Shown piece after piece: positions 35,593 to 45,912 of a stretch of DNA of 48,341 bases. Each line of letters begins with the position of its first letter. Within the stretch, counting starts at the first letter, position 1. Position numbers and translations under genes: made by a program. Origin of the DNA: Candidatus Micrarchaeaceae archaeon (lineage in GTDB: Archaea > Micrarchaeota > Micrarchaeia > Micrarchaeales > CABMGC01); assembly GCA_038877255.1 (NCBI GenBank), contig JAVYWZ010000002.1, forward strand, positions 1 to 48,341, read 5' to 3'. The notes under the pieces were generated by a model that searched no databases, had not been told where the DNA came from, and was given only the letters and a program-made list of their open reading frames with translations.

Positions 35593-35903
35593 CATACAAA
35601 ATTGCGATAGTTGGAAACGAACTTTTATGCACAGGCTTTGAACTAGCAGGCGTAGCCACGTATATAGCAACAAGCGCCGAGCAGGCGCAGAAAATAATAG
35701 TGGAGCTGCTAGGCCAAGACATAGGCATAATAGGGATAAGCTCGGGCCTTCTCAAGGGCATTGACAGGGAGCTTGCGCATAGACTAGAAACAGGCATGCT
35801 GCCAATGGTTGTTGAGCTTCCGGAATACGGCGAGGAGATAGCCGAGGATACGCTCCGCAAACTCATAATAAGAGCAGTGGGCATAGACCTAGAAGCAGGG
35901 TGA
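35589..35903 (+). CDS. atpF: A-type ATP synthase subunit F
   Basis: 104 aa. [19 protein letters not shown] is the subunit F signature. ATGA overlap with atpC. Confidence 0.85.
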   Translation: MTYKIAIVGNELLCTGFELAGVATYIATSAEQAQKIIVELLGQDIGIIGISSGLLKGIDRELAHRLETGMLPMVVELPEYGEEIAEDTLRKLIIRAVGIDLEAG

Positions 35904-35907
35904 TTTT

Positions 35908-37776
35908 TTGGGCTATATAGAAAGAATAACAGGTCCTCTTGTAATTGCTAAAGACATGCTTGGAAGCAGCATGTACGACGTAGTCAAGGTTGGCGCATCG
36001 GGAATAATAGGCGAGATAATACAGCTCCGCGGAGACCGCGCAGTGATACAGGTTTACGAGGATACATCAGGTATAAGGCCCGGAGAGCCTGCCAAATCAT
36101 TGGGCGTGCCACTCTCTGTGGAATTAGGGCCAGGCATTATCGGCAAGATATTTGACGGCCTGCAGAGACCGCTTGAGCTAATGGAAAAAAAGGAGGGTGC
36201 ATTCATAAGAAGGGGCATAAGCGCTGAAAGAATTGATAAGAAGGCGCGCTGGCACTTTGTGCCTGATAAGCAGATAAGGAAAGGCGCGCATGTAGATGAA
36301 GGCCAGATAATCGGCTATGTGGATGAGACAAAGCTCATCAGGCATTACATAATGGTGCCAAACGGAGTAAGCGGCACAGTAAAAGAAATAAAGGAGGGCA
36401 ATTTTACAGTAGAACAGGCAGTAGCAAAAGTAGAAAATGACGGCAAAACCATTGAAATAAGCATGATTCAGCAGAGGCCGGTTAGAAGGCAGGCTAAGCT
36501 GATTAAAAGGCTAAATATAAATGAACCGTTGGTCACTGGGCAGCGCATTATAGACACATTCTTCCCAGTTGCGAAGGGCGGCACAGCGGCAATACCGGGC
36601 CCGTTCGGCTCTGGCAAAACAGTCATTGAACATCAGCTTGCAAAATGGAGCGACGCCGATGTTATAATATACTGCGGTGTAGGCGAACGCGGCAACGAGA
36701 TGGCAGATGTGCTTAACGAATTTCCACAATTGAAAGACCCTAAAAGTGGAGAGCCTCTAATGAACAGAACAGTACTCATAGCAAACACAAGCAACATGCC
36801 AGTGGCAGCGAGAGAAGCGAGCATATACACTTCAGTAACGATAGCAGAATATTTCAGGGACATGGGCTACAACGTAGCGGTAATGGCAGATTCTACTTCC
36901 AGATGGGCTGAGGCAATGCGCGAAATATCCACAAGATTAGAGGAGATGCCTGGCGAAGAGGGCTACCCTGCGTATTTGCCGAAGAGGCTTGCCGAATTTT
37001 ACGAAAGGTCAGGAAAGGCAGAAACCCTGGCGCATAAGACAGGCTCAATAACAATAGTAGGCGCAGTATCACCTCCAGGTGGCGACATTACAGAACCTGT
37101 GACTCAAGGCACCCTGAAGATAACAAAGGCATTCTGGTCCCTTGATGCTGCATTGGCCAGCTCGAGGCACTTCCCTGCAATAAACTGGCTGAATAGCTAT
37201 TCCTTGTATCTTGATGCGCTTGAGCCATGGTACAAAGCAAAGTTAGGCGACGAGTGGCTTAGAAACAGGCAAGAGGCGCTTGCGCTGCTCCAGAAAGAGG
37301 CCGAGTTGCGCGACATAGTCCAGCTTGTCGGCGAGGAAGCGCTGCCAAATCAGCAGAGAATTTTGCTTGAGATAGGCAAGATGTTAAGAGAAGATTACTT
37401 AAGGCAGAGCGCCTTCGACGAAATAGACGCATATTCGAGCATGACAAAGCAGAACGCAATGCTTTCATCAATTCTGAATTTCGCGAGAATGGCAGTTGGC
37501 GCTGCCGAAAAAGGGGTGAGCACAAGCAAGATTATAAGCACAAAGTCAAGGCATGACATCTCAAGGATCAAAGAAATTTATGAAAAAGATATTGGGCGAG
37601 AGACCGCAAGGATAAATAAGCAAATTGAAGAGGAGTTTGCAGCATTGCTTGCTGAGCACGAAAAAGAGGAATTAGAGCAGAAGGCAACACAGCAGCAAGC
37701 ACAACAGCAAATGCAACAGCAAGCGCAACAGCAATCACAATCGAAATCGCAACAAGGTGCGGCAAAGCAGGTGTGA
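35908..37776 (+). CDS. atpA: A-type ATP synthase catalytic subunit A, with a Gln-rich C-terminal extension
   Basis: ITGPLVIA, the non-homologous region, Walker A GPFGSGKT, and [14 protein letters not shown] start at 35908. No intein. The C-terminus is ..[33 protein letters not shown]. Confidence 0.93.
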   Translation: MGYIERITGPLVIAKDMLGSSMYDVVKVGASGIIGEIIQLRGDRAVIQVYEDTSGIRPGEPAKSLGVPLSVELGPGIIGKIFDGLQRPLELMEKKEGAFIRRGISAERIDKKARWHFVPDKQIRKGAHVDEGQIIGYVDETKLIRHYIMVPNGVSGTVKEIKEGNFTVEQAVAKVENDGKTIEISMIQQRPVRRQAKLIKRLNINEPLVTGQRIIDTFFPVAKGGTAAIPGPFGSGKTVIEHQLAKWSDADVIIYCGVGERGNEMADVLNEFPQLKDPKSGEPLMNRTVLIANTSNMPVAAREASIYTSVTIAEYFRDMGYNVAVMADSTSRWAEAMREISTRLEEMPGEEGYPAYLPKRLAEFYERSGKAETLAHKTGSITIVGAVSPPGGDITEPVTQGTLKITKAFWSLDAALASSRHFPAINWLNSYSLYLDALEPWYKAKLGDEWLRNRQEALALLQKEAELRDIVQLVGEEALPNQQRILLEIGKMLREDYLRQSAFDEIDAYSSMTKQNAMLSSILNFARMAVGAAEKGVSTSKIISTKSRHDISRIKEIYEKDIGRETARINKQIEEEFAALLAEHEKEELEQKATQQQAQQQMQQQAQQQSQSKSQQGAAKQV

Positions 37777-37780
37777 TCGC

Positions 37781-39190
37781 ATGAACTTTGAGATAACGTA
37801 TAACACAATTGAAAGGGCTTACGGCCCATTGCTTGTAGTCGATAAAGTCAACAATGCAGCGTATAACGAGATAGTGCGCATAAGGCTTCAAAATGGCGAG
37901 GAGAGGCTTGGGCAAGTGCTCGACACTGCGAATACATATGCAATTGTGCAGGTATTCGGCGAAACCGCAGGCATAAACATCAACAAAACAACCGTAACAT
38001 TTACAGGCTCTACTTATAAAGCAGGAGTAGGCGAGGACCTGCTGGGCAAGATATTCAACGGACAAGGCATGCCAATCAACAGAGGCGAAAAGGTTATTTT
38101 CGACGACAAAAGAGACATAAACGGCGCCCCGATAAATCCAAATGCAAGGGGCTGGCCTAGCGAAGCTATAGAGACAGGCATCTCTGCAATCGACGGCTTA
38201 AACACATTGCTCCGCGGCCAGAAGCTGCCATTGTTCTCTGGCGGAGGCCTTCCGCACAATGCGCTCGCAGCACAAATAACAAGGCAAGCCGCAGTGAAGG
38301 GCGCAAGCGATTTCACTGTCATATTTGCAGGCATAGGCATAACCTACGACGATGCGGCATATTTCATAAATGAGATAAGAAAGACAGGCGCAATGAAAAG
38401 AACGGTAATGTTTCTCAATCTGGCAAGTGACCCAAGCATAGAGCGCATTCTTACTCCAAGGATTGCGCTTACGGAAGCAGAGTATTTGGCTTTTGAGCGT
38501 GACATGCATGTGCTTGTAATACTCGACGACATGACACAATACGCAGAGACGCTTAGGGAGATAGCCAGCGCGAGGGAAGAAGTGCCTGGCAGGCGAGGCT
38601 ACCCAGGCTACATGTATACTGACTTGGCAAGCATATACGAGCGCGCAGGCGTCATAAGGGGCAAAAAAGGCAGCATTACGCAGCTCAATGTGGTAACTAT
38701 GCCAGGAGACGACGTAACGCACCCAATACCTGACCTCACAGGCTACATAACCGAGGGCCAGATCTTTCTAGATAGAGAATTGGCAAACAAGGGCATATAT
38801 CCGCCGATACAGCCTTTGGGTTCGCTCTCAAGGCTCATGAACAATGGTATAGGAAAAGACAAAACTAGAGAAGACCACAAAGGAGTTGCTGACCAGCTTT
38901 ATGGAGCTTATGCACGTGCACGGGAAGTAAGGAGCATAAGCATGATAATAGGCAAAGATGCGCTGAGCGAGGACGAAAAGCTTTACCTTGATTTTGGCGA
39001 CGCATTCGAAAACAGGTTTATAAGGCAGGAAATCAATGAGCGCAGAAGCATAGAGCAAACCCTCGACATAGGCTGGGAACTGCTAAGCATGCTGCCTGAA
39101 GCAGACCTTACAAGAGTAAAGAAAGAGCACATAGAAAAGTATTACAAAGCTAAAGCCAAAGCCAGTACTAACGCCAAGGCGCATGAGTAA
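37781..39190 (+). CDS. atpB: A-type ATP synthase subunit B
   Basis: [51 protein letters not shown] and ITEGQI. The track start 37757 overlaps atpA, so ATG 37781 is preferred. Confidence 0.93.
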   Translation: MNFEITYNTIERAYGPLLVVDKVNNAAYNEIVRIRLQNGEERLGQVLDTANTYAIVQVFGETAGININKTTVTFTGSTYKAGVGEDLLGKIFNGQGMPINRGEKVIFDDKRDINGAPINPNARGWPSEAIETGISAIDGLNTLLRGQKLPLFSGGGLPHNALAAQITRQAAVKGASDFTVIFAGIGITYDDAAYFINEIRKTGAMKRTVMFLNLASDPSIERILTPRIALTEAEYLAFERDMHVLVILDDMTQYAETLREIASAREEVPGRRGYPGYMYTDLASIYERAGVIRGKKGSITQLNVVTMPGDDVTHPIPDLTGYITEGQIFLDRELANKGIYPPIQPLGSLSRLMNNGIGKDKTREDHKGVADQLYGAYARAREVRSISMIIGKDALSEDEKLYLDFGDAFENRFIRQEINERRSIEQTLDIGWELLSMLPEADLTRVKKEHIEKYYKAKAKASTNAKAHE

Positions 39191-39208
39191 ATGCAATGAG
39201 GCAATAAA

Positions 39209-39829
39209 ATGCAAGCAAAAACGCTCAATCCGACACGAAGCAATCTTATAGCGCTGAAGAGGCGCCTAGCTATAACTGAGAAGGGTCATGAGATACTCAC
39301 GCACAAGCGCCAGGCGCTTGTAAACGAGTTCCTTAAGCTGCTTGCAGAGCCGAGAAAAAGAAGGCACCACTTGGCTGCAATACTGCAGCAAGGCTACAAG
39401 AAGGTCATGATAGCAAATGCCTATATAGGCAATTTTGAACTTGATCAAGTCGCGTATTACATGAAAGAAGCCAGCCCAGTTGGCATAGAGATAAAGAACA
39501 TAATGGGCGTGCGCGTGCCTGAGATAAGCGCAACAAGGCCGAAGCAAATGCAGGCACCATTCGGCGCAAGCCTCGCTGTAGATGAGCTAAACGAATCGTT
39601 TACAACTGCGTTGCAGGCGCTCATAGACGTGGCTGAGACCGAGCATGGCCTCAAAAAGGTAGTCTTTGAAATAGAAAGAACAAAAAGGCAGATAAATACG
39701 CTAGAGCACATAGTAATACCAGGCATAAAAGCAAACTCTAAGTACATAGAAATGAGAATAGATGAGATGGAACGCGATATGTTCATCTCGCTCAAGCATG
39801 TAAAAAATATGCTTGCAAAACGTGCATGA
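39209..39829 (+). CDS. atpD: A-type ATP synthase subunit D (central stalk)
   Basis: LNPTRSNLIALKRRLAITEKGHEILTHKRQALVNEF matches the subunit D N-terminal consensus. Last gene of the operon. Confidence 0.88.
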   Translation: MQAKTLNPTRSNLIALKRRLAITEKGHEILTHKRQALVNEFLKLLAEPRKRRHHLAAILQQGYKKVMIANAYIGNFELDQVAYYMKEASPVGIEIKNIMGVRVPEISATRPKQMQAPFGASLAVDELNESFTTALQALIDVAETEHGLKKVVFEIERTKRQINTLEHIVIPGIKANSKYIEMRIDEMERDMFISLKHVKNMLAKRA

Positions 39830-39830
39830 A

Positions 39831-41042
39831 ATGGGCTTTTTATCCATTAGAAGCAGGCATGTCTATAACGCGCTGCTTGAAGATGAGGCGATAGCATCAG
39901 CAATAGAAGCGAGAGGCAAAAAGGTCATTTACCTAAACGCAGGAGACCCCACTGCGTTTTTCCCAACTCCTATGCATATAATAAAAGAGTACAAAGCAGC
40001 GCTTAACGCAGGCAAAACCGCATACGCTGCGCCAGAAGGCGCCAAGGAGCTCAGAGAAGCAATAGCAATGAGGTACAATAATGAATATGGCATAAGCGCA
40101 AATTACGATGATGTTTTGGTAACACAGGGTGTCAGCGAAGCCCTTGATTTCCTAAATGAATCAGTAATAAATCCGGGCGATTCTGCAGTGCTGTTCAAGC
40201 CCTATTACCCTTTGTATCCCATATTCTTGTTAAACAGCGAGGGTAAGCCGATATACGAGCATTATTACGAAAACAAGGATTGGAATATAGACCCAGACAT
40301 GCTCGACAAGACCATAAGGAAAAGCGGCAAAAAACCCAAGTACGTGCTTATTACAAATCCAAACAATCCAACTGGAACCATATTAAAAAGAGGTGTTCTT
40401 GAAGACATTGCAAAGCTGGCAAACGAATACAGCATGCTGCTTGTCAGCGACGAAATATATGATGAGATAATATTTAACAACAAGAAGTTTACAAGCGTTG
40501 CGCAGATCGCAAAAGGCATGCCATATGTAATACTTAACGGCATGTCAAAGGCATACGATGCCACAGGCTTCAGGCTTGGTTACATGCTTATTCCTGAGCA
40601 GGATAATCGCTCCGTTGAGCTTAAGGGCAAGCTTGCGGATTACGCAAGGGCGAGGCTCTCTGCAAACACGCCGGCACAATACGCGTTTGCTGCTTCGCTA
40701 AAGCAGGAGCATAAGCACAAGGAAGAGCTCAGAAAGATGGTTAGCGCGATAGAGGAAAGGGCAAAGTTCATAACGAAACGGATAAACGAGAGCGAGTACA
40801 TGCACACAGTAGAGCCCAGCGCAGCATTCTACGTATTTCCAAAGTTGAACATGGAGCTGCTTAACCTAAAAGACGACAAGGAATTTGTGAATAAGCTGCT
40901 AATAGAAAAACAGGTTATGCTCAGCAGGGGCTCTGGCTTTGGCGAACCCGGTTACGTAAGAATAATAGCGTTGCCACAAAAAGATATTTTAAGCAGAGCG
41001 CTTGATAAAATAGAAGAGTTTTGCAAGGAACACAGAAAATAG
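39831..41042 (+). CDS. Class I/II pyridoxal-phosphate aminotransferase (aspartate/alanine aminotransferase-like)
   Basis: TNPNNPTG, SDEIYDE, and the PLP-Lys motif MSKAYDATGFRLGY. It starts 2 nt after the atpD stop (alternative TTG at 39813). Confidence 0.85.
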   Translation: MGFLSIRSRHVYNALLEDEAIASAIEARGKKVIYLNAGDPTAFFPTPMHIIKEYKAALNAGKTAYAAPEGAKELREAIAMRYNNEYGISANYDDVLVTQGVSEALDFLNESVINPGDSAVLFKPYYPLYPIFLLNSEGKPIYEHYYENKDWNIDPDMLDKTIRKSGKKPKYVLITNPNNPTGTILKRGVLEDIAKLANEYSMLLVSDEIYDEIIFNNKKFTSVAQIAKGMPYVILNGMSKAYDATGFRLGYMLIPEQDNRSVELKGKLADYARARLSANTPAQYAFAASLKQEHKHKEELRKMVSAIEERAKFITKRINESEYMHTVEPSAAFYVFPKLNMELLNLKDDKEFVNKLLIEKQVMLSRGSGFGEPGYVRIIALPQKDILSRALDKIEEFCKEHRK

Positions 41043-41044
41043 AA

Positions 41045-41115
41045 GGAGGCATAGTCTAATGGTAGGACGTCACCCTTACACGGTGAAGGTCTGGGTCCGA
41101 TTCCCCGTGCCTCCA
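41045..41115 (+). tRNA. tRNA-Val (anticodon UAC), with a non-canonical T arm
   Basis: Hand fold: acceptor GGAGGCA/TGCCTCC, D arm GTCT-AATGGTA-GGAC, anticodon arm TCACC-CTTACAC-GGTGA, 4-nt variable loop AGGT, T arm CTGGG-TCCGATT-CCCCG (one T-C mismatch, C at position 55), discriminator A. It starts 3 nt after the aminotransferase stop. Confidence 0.75.
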
Positions 41116-41212
41116 CATAACTTTGAGTCAGATGGAATAAGTTTTTGCCATAGACTTGTCACTGAAAGGGCAATTAATATAAATGGGGAATTTTACATAG
41201 TACTGTGATAAA

Positions 41213-42658
41213 ATGGATAAAATTATCAGCGAGTCCAGGGAGATAATAGAATTAAGTAAAGGAGGCTCTTTTCTGCTCAATGCAAAAAGCTTTTTAGAAG
41301 ACTACAATAAATCAATCGGAAACATAAACAACAAAATCGACTCCCTGCGCAAATATATAATTGATTTAGGCAGCAAAGGGGCGCCTGCAAATGAGCCTCT
41401 GGGCGCATTGAAAAGAGCAACGAAAGGTCTGAATTTAAGAGATAAAAAGATCAGCGATACTGCATATCGCCTGTTGGCGCCGATAATTAACGAGGCAGAG
41501 ACGCTTGAACTACATGATTATGACGGAATGAGAAAACTATTAGAAAGATCTGCAATAGTTCTAAAACAAGAATTTGATAAACTAGGCATAAAAGATGAGC
41601 TGGAGCATTTGCGAGATGCCGAAAATGAACTGAACAAAAGGATAGGCGACATAAAGCATGAAAAAGAGCAGCTTGACAGCAAGTATGGAAATTCGGGTGG
41701 TGGCAATCAAGGACTTGGCGGATATATTCGCAGGGCAGGGCACGAGATTGACGTCTATTTTGGTGGCCACTCTGTAAATGCACAGTACGAAAAGTTTATA
41801 GATGCCATAACCGGGGGGCAAGCGATGGCACATGCAGAATCAGCCAAAAGCTTGCTTGACAGCAAGTTAAGAGACATTGCAGAGCAAGTTGCAGCGTATC
41901 AAATAGCAGGGCAAATCATAGGGAGAATTTACAAAGACTACAATGGCGTGGGCAAGAAACCCGACATGAAAGGAATAGGCGATGAAGTTAAAGCACTAAA
42001 GGACATTATTAATGACGTAAAAGAAGGCAAAATGCTTAAAAAGGAAGCCGAAACGCCGCCTGCCGTACCTAACTTTGATAAGAAACTAAATAAAAGTGAA
42101 GAAGCTTTGGCCACAGGAAAAGTGGTTGAAATAATGGAAAAAAGGCAGAAGGAAATAGCAGAAAAAATAAATGAACTAGGCTCGGACAGCACCGAAGAGA
42201 TAAACAAGATTAATGCTCTGGTGTTAGATTACAACGCAGAGATAAGTGGCCTTACCGCAGGCGAACTGGGGCTCACAAAAGAGGAAATAGATAAGCTCAA
42301 GGAACTTAAGAGCAGGCTGAATAAAGGAGTAGAAGAGAAAGCCAAGCAAATCGGGCTTGAAATTAAATATGTTACTTTAAGCAGTGAGCACACAGAAAAG
42401 ATAACAAAGCACCTTGAAAAGCTTTATGAGGAAAAAGAAGAAAAGGCAATAAAAGAGGCAGTAGGAAAGTACCTCGAAGAAATAGCACCCATCTTGACTA
42501 AAACACTTAATTTAACACCAGAAGAAGCAACGCAGCTGGGCAATGAGATAAATAAATGGCTTGCTGCGACGAGAAAAAGGCATAAGGCACTTAGAGAGGC
42601 ACTGAGAAATCGAGCGCAACAGCAAGTACCGCAGTTGGGAGCCAAAAGCAGCACGTAG
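41213..42658 (+). CDS. Hypothetical 481 aa coiled-coil-rich soluble protein, no family recognised
   Basis: A clean ORF with TATA-like TTAATATAAAT at 41174-41184. Lys/Glu-rich heptad-like segments flank a Gly-rich core (KYGNSGGGNQGLGGYIRRAGHEIDVYFGGHS). There is no TM segment or signal peptide. Confidence 0.7.
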   Translation: MDKIISESREIIELSKGGSFLLNAKSFLEDYNKSIGNINNKIDSLRKYIIDLGSKGAPANEPLGALKRATKGLNLRDKKISDTAYRLLAPIINEAETLELHDYDGMRKLLERSAIVLKQEFDKLGIKDELEHLRDAENELNKRIGDIKHEKEQLDSKYGNSGGGNQGLGGYIRRAGHEIDVYFGGHSVNAQYEKFIDAITGGQAMAHAESAKSLLDSKLRDIAEQVAAYQIAGQIIGRIYKDYNGVGKKPDMKGIGDEVKALKDIINDVKEGKMLKKEAETPPAVPNFDKKLNKSEEALATGKVVEIMEKRQKEIAEKINELGSDSTEEINKINALVLDYNAEISGLTAGELGLTKEEIDKLKELKSRLNKGVEEKAKQIGLEIKYVTLSSEHTEKITKHLEKLYEEKEEKAIKEAVGKYLEEIAPILTKTLNLTPEEATQLGNEINKWLAATRKRHKALREALRNRAQQQVPQLGAKSST

Positions 42659-42742
42659 AAAATAAAGACAATAACATCGGTGTTCAAGCCTCCTGGCTAA
42701 ACAGCTCGCGCCACGAAATATTATTTGATAACACAACACGGC

Positions 42743-42760
42743 AAGCGCTATCGAGCGCTT
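42743..42760 (+). terminator. Hairpin plus T-tract downstream of the coiled-coil gene
   Basis: AAGCGCT (42743-42749) / AGCGCTT (42754-42760), a perfect 7-bp stem with a 4-nt loop, followed by TTGCTTTTGG. Confidence 0.45.
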
Positions 42761-42956
42761 TTGCTTTTGGCCTTGCGCTTGATGCGATACTTTACAACGC
42801 AATGAAATAAGACGCAATTGGCCTAAAGCAGACTAATCCTGGCATAGGCGAGGATAAAGGCAACTGATTACGCAGTTAAAACAGAGCAACGAAATGCAAA
42901 CTAGAACCGCTTTTCAATAATAAAAGGATAAGAAAGAGTCAAGATTCAAACAAAAA

Positions 42957-42978
42957 GAAAAGCCCTTTCGGGCTTTTC
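42957..42978 (-). terminator. Intrinsic-terminator-like hairpin downstream of the S-layer-like gene
   Basis: GAAAAGCCC (42957-42965) / GGGCTTTTC (42970-42978), a perfect 9-bp stem. On the minus strand it has a GAAA tetraloop and is followed by a T5 tract. It lies 21 nt after the stop at 43000. Confidence 0.6.
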
Positions 42979-42999
42979 AAACAACTGCTATTGCTGTTT

Positions 43000-45912
43000 T
43001 TATGAGCTTGCTGCTGCGAGCAGGTCGTTTATGAATTCGTTGCCTGCCTGCACGGTCTGGTTTGCGTAATAGCCTGCTACGAGTATGCGGTTTGTGCCGA
43101 ACGCCTGCACTATTACTGAATCAGGCCCTGAAGGTCCGAAGCTGCTGTTGAGGCTTGGGTTCTGCGCAAAGATTTGCGCTGCAACGCTGTTCACGTATTT
43201 GCTTCCTACTACTATCAGCGTGCTTGCCGGGTTTGCGTTTGTGTCAAGCACTACAAGCGGTGTTGAAACCGTGTTGAGCTTTACAGGTGTTATTGCCTGT
43301 GATACGCTTGGCACTGCTGTCAAGTTGCTCAGTCCTTCAACTGTGCAGCCAGTAGTTGCGTTGCTTGCAAAACTGCACTTTGCGGTTACGTTCGCTATTG
43401 TTACGTTAGGCAAGTTAGTCGCTTGGCCTATGCCAAACGGACCTACAACCTTCTTCGTTGATGTCACTGTTGCATTTACAGGTCCTACAGCAAACTGCAG
43501 CATGTCAACGCTCTTCGCAAGGTCGACAGTCAAGCTGGTCGGCGAAATGCTTGCAACTTCGCTGCCTTTCTCAGTCCTGAATCCCTGCTGGACGTTGAAG
43601 CTAGCGCCTGACGTGCTCGTGTAAGTCATGTTGTTGTGCGTTCCAGGAGTGTTTGAAGTAGTCGCAGAATAGTTGAGTTGGAACAGATTGTTAAGCGCTG
43701 CAGAAGCGCCTGCTGTTGAGTTGACAATGTCAAAGCTGAGAAGGTCATTTGCTACTGTGTTAGTAGGCACTGGGAATTCTTCTATTGAGTAGCTGAAGTA
43801 GCTTTGTGCACCTGTTGTTCCGCTTGCTATAGAGACCGGTGTTATAGTGAAGGTTGCCTGTGGTTGCCCGTTACCTTGGTTGTAGTTAACATTTGTTGCA
43901 CTTGTGTCAACCCACGGATATGAATAGCCAGAGACAGGGTAGAAGACTACAGGACCTATCGGTGCCAAATAAGCGAGTGTATTTGCCGATGTCACCGCGT
44001 TATCACTTACCGCTAGTACGACATTTGCGCCTGGAATTGCTTGCGACAGCCTTACGTTTGTTATGTTATAGAAGTTGCCTACAAAGATCGACTGATCTAA
44101 GCCATTGAATGTGACTGAGTTGCTTGTTGTACTCGTTACGGTGTTAGATGAGTAGCCAGACACCGTTACTGTTAAGCTTGGATTGCTAGTAGTGCCTATG
44201 AAATTGCCCGCTAATCCGTTAAAGATAGCATTAACTCCTATGCTGCCTACACCATATTTGAGTGCGTTGTTTACTTCATATAGTGCGTAAGGCGTTAGGT
44301 CGTATGTTACTGTGCTGTTGCTCTGGCCTTGGTAAGTGAATGCACCTGGTATCGAGCTCTTGACCGTTAGCAGCTGCGCTGGCTCTGTTATGTTCTTAGG
44401 TGTGGGTACGCCGGTTGCACCGGTCCCGACGTTCTCGTACTGCATTCCTGCGCTGGAGCTTGTGGTTATTGTCAGAGGGTCAAAATTGCCCGTAGGCAGT
44501 GTCTCGCCAACAAACGTTAGCTTCCATTCTGCCGGACTTGTCAAGAAGTCGAAGCTTTGGCCAGGAAGCAGTGTCTGGATAGGCGATGTGTTGTAAAGTA
44601 CTATGCCGTAGAGTTCGTCAGCCGGAGAACCTGACGTTGACGCTGTTGAGTTGCCCCAGTTCAGGAAAACATTCCAACCAGGGTTGCTCGTTTTGTTGAA
44701 TACTAGTCCGTTAGTTATGTTGTATTCGTTAGAGAATAGCTGCACCTTTGCCCACTTCTCATAGGCATAAAGGCCTGCGAACGTCTGGGTCACTTTTACG
44801 TACAGCCTCTGACCAGAAACGTTGAATTCTTCCTGGCTTGGGGGCATTATTTCAGTCGTGTTTGTTAGCGCGCCTTTGTAATATACATTTATGTCTGCAG
44901 GGCTTACGCCGCTAGCTGGTTGGCCAAGGTCTGCAACCTGCACTGTGAAGTTGCCGCTTGTTATATTGTGGCCTACGTATACTGTTGTCAATGGCGTCAT
45001 TGATTGCGCCAAGTCCAAGGTTCCGATCTGTACGAAGCTTGTAGAAGAGACAACATTAGCACCCATATAGTTGCCACCTATTATTGTCCAGTTCTGGCCT
45101 GCGATGTTTATCACTGCGTTGTTGACAGAGTTTGAGGTTGTCATTAGCGGAATGGGCTTTGAGAACACAAGCTGCAAAGCACCGCCTGCGTCGAGCAGAG
45201 CGAAGCTCTTTGCGTTTTGGTCATATACTGGGAAGCCAGTTACCCACAGGTACTCGTTCTCTCCGCCAGGCCCAAAGTTGCTTGCAAGCGAAGGCACCTC
45301 CGTTGGTGTTACACGCAGTATGTTGTCATATGTGCCACTGCTGAATCCAGAGAACGAAACGCCGCCACCATTATAGTTTGCAGTAACGCCTATTGAGATC
45401 GGTACAGAAGTAGTAGGAGGGTATGGGCTCGCTGCTGGCGAAGCTGTTGTGCTACTTATTGCATTGTATGTGTACTGGCCAATGCTCTGCGGGGTTTTTG
45501 AGTATTGCTGTATTCCAAGTTTGTCTGCCCTGTTAAGCACAGAGCCAATCAGGCCTGAAAAGGCATATGAGCCGCTTGGTGCAGCAATGCCTGTCTCACC
45601 AAGATAGACTTGCTGGTTTGTAACCGTGCATACTGCAGTTGACGCCGGAACGCACTTTACTGCGTTTTGGTTTTGCACTGTAGCTGTAACAGGTGTTGAG
45701 GTATATGCGAGGTTGCCTATAACCGCTGCAATGTTTGCAGCTACTACGCCGTCGCTGGGCTTTGCACCCGAGCCGACAACAATTTGCACTACAGGCTGAC
45801 CTGCGCTGTTTATTATTGGTATGTTGCTAAAACTTACGGAACCTGCAATCGCAGCGCCTACTAATAGAGCGCCTGCCAATACAGCAATTCTTTTTATGCT
45901 GAGTCTATTCAT
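43000..45912 (-). CDS. Large secreted S-layer-like / cell-surface glycoprotein candidate
   Basis: N-terminal signal peptide (MNRLSIKRIAVLAGALLVGAAIAG). 970 aa rich in Thr/Ser/Asn/Val/Gly, with many N-x-S/T sequons and no internal or C-terminal TM segment. A strong TATA-like element lies at 45949-45961, with a GGAAAGTGAT SD-like stretch and the strong terminator above. Confidence 0.7.
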   Translation of the reverse strand: MNRLSIKRIAVLAGALLVGAAIAGSVSFSNIPIINSAGQPVVQIVVGSGAKPSDGVVAANIAAVIGNLAYTSTPVTATVQNQNAVKCVPASTAVCTVTNQQVYLGETGIAAPSGSYAFSGLIGSVLNRADKLGIQQYSKTPQSIGQYTYNAISSTTASPAASPYPPTTSVPISIGVTANYNGGGVSFSGFSSGTYDNILRVTPTEVPSLASNFGPGGENEYLWVTGFPVYDQNAKSFALLDAGGALQLVFSKPIPLMTTSNSVNNAVINIAGQNWTIIGGNYMGANVVSSTSFVQIGTLDLAQSMTPLTTVYVGHNITSGNFTVQVADLGQPASGVSPADINVYYKGALTNTTEIMPPSQEEFNVSGQRLYVKVTQTFAGLYAYEKWAKVQLFSNEYNITNGLVFNKTSNPGWNVFLNWGNSTASTSGSPADELYGIVLYNTSPIQTLLPGQSFDFLTSPAEWKLTFVGETLPTGNFDPLTITTSSSAGMQYENVGTGATGVPTPKNITEPAQLLTVKSSIPGAFTYQGQSNSTVTYDLTPYALYEVNNALKYGVGSIGVNAIFNGLAGNFIGTTSNPSLTVTVSGYSSNTVTSTTSNSVTFNGLDQSIFVGNFYNITNVRLSQAIPGANVVLAVSDNAVTSANTLAYLAPIGPVVFYPVSGYSYPWVDTSATNVNYNQGNGQPQATFTITPVSIASGTTGAQSYFSYSIEEFPVPTNTVANDLLSFDIVNSTAGASAALNNLFQLNYSATTSNTPGTHNNMTYTSTSGASFNVQQGFRTEKGSEVASISPTSLTVDLAKSVDMLQFAVGPVNATVTSTKKVVGPFGIGQATNLPNVTIANVTAKCSFASNATTGCTVEGLSNLTAVPSVSQAITPVKLNTVSTPLVVLDTNANPASTLIVVGSKYVNSVAAQIFAQNPSLNSSFGPSGPDSVIVQAFGTNRILVAGYYANQTVQAGNEFINDLLAAASS

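Noticed and set aside
37684-37773. The CAG/CAA-rich tract considered as a non-coding microsatellite or spacer between atpA and atpB.
   Set aside because: It is in frame with atpA and reads through to a stop 4 nt before the atpB ATG. It is therefore reported as a coding poly-Q tail.
35908-37776. A check for inteins in atpA (and likewise infB, top6A, lon and thrS), since some archaeal lineages carry them.
   Set aside because: Protein lengths and motif spacing are continuous. No Cys/Ser-initiated ~150-450 aa insertion and no HN-terminal splice motif were seen.
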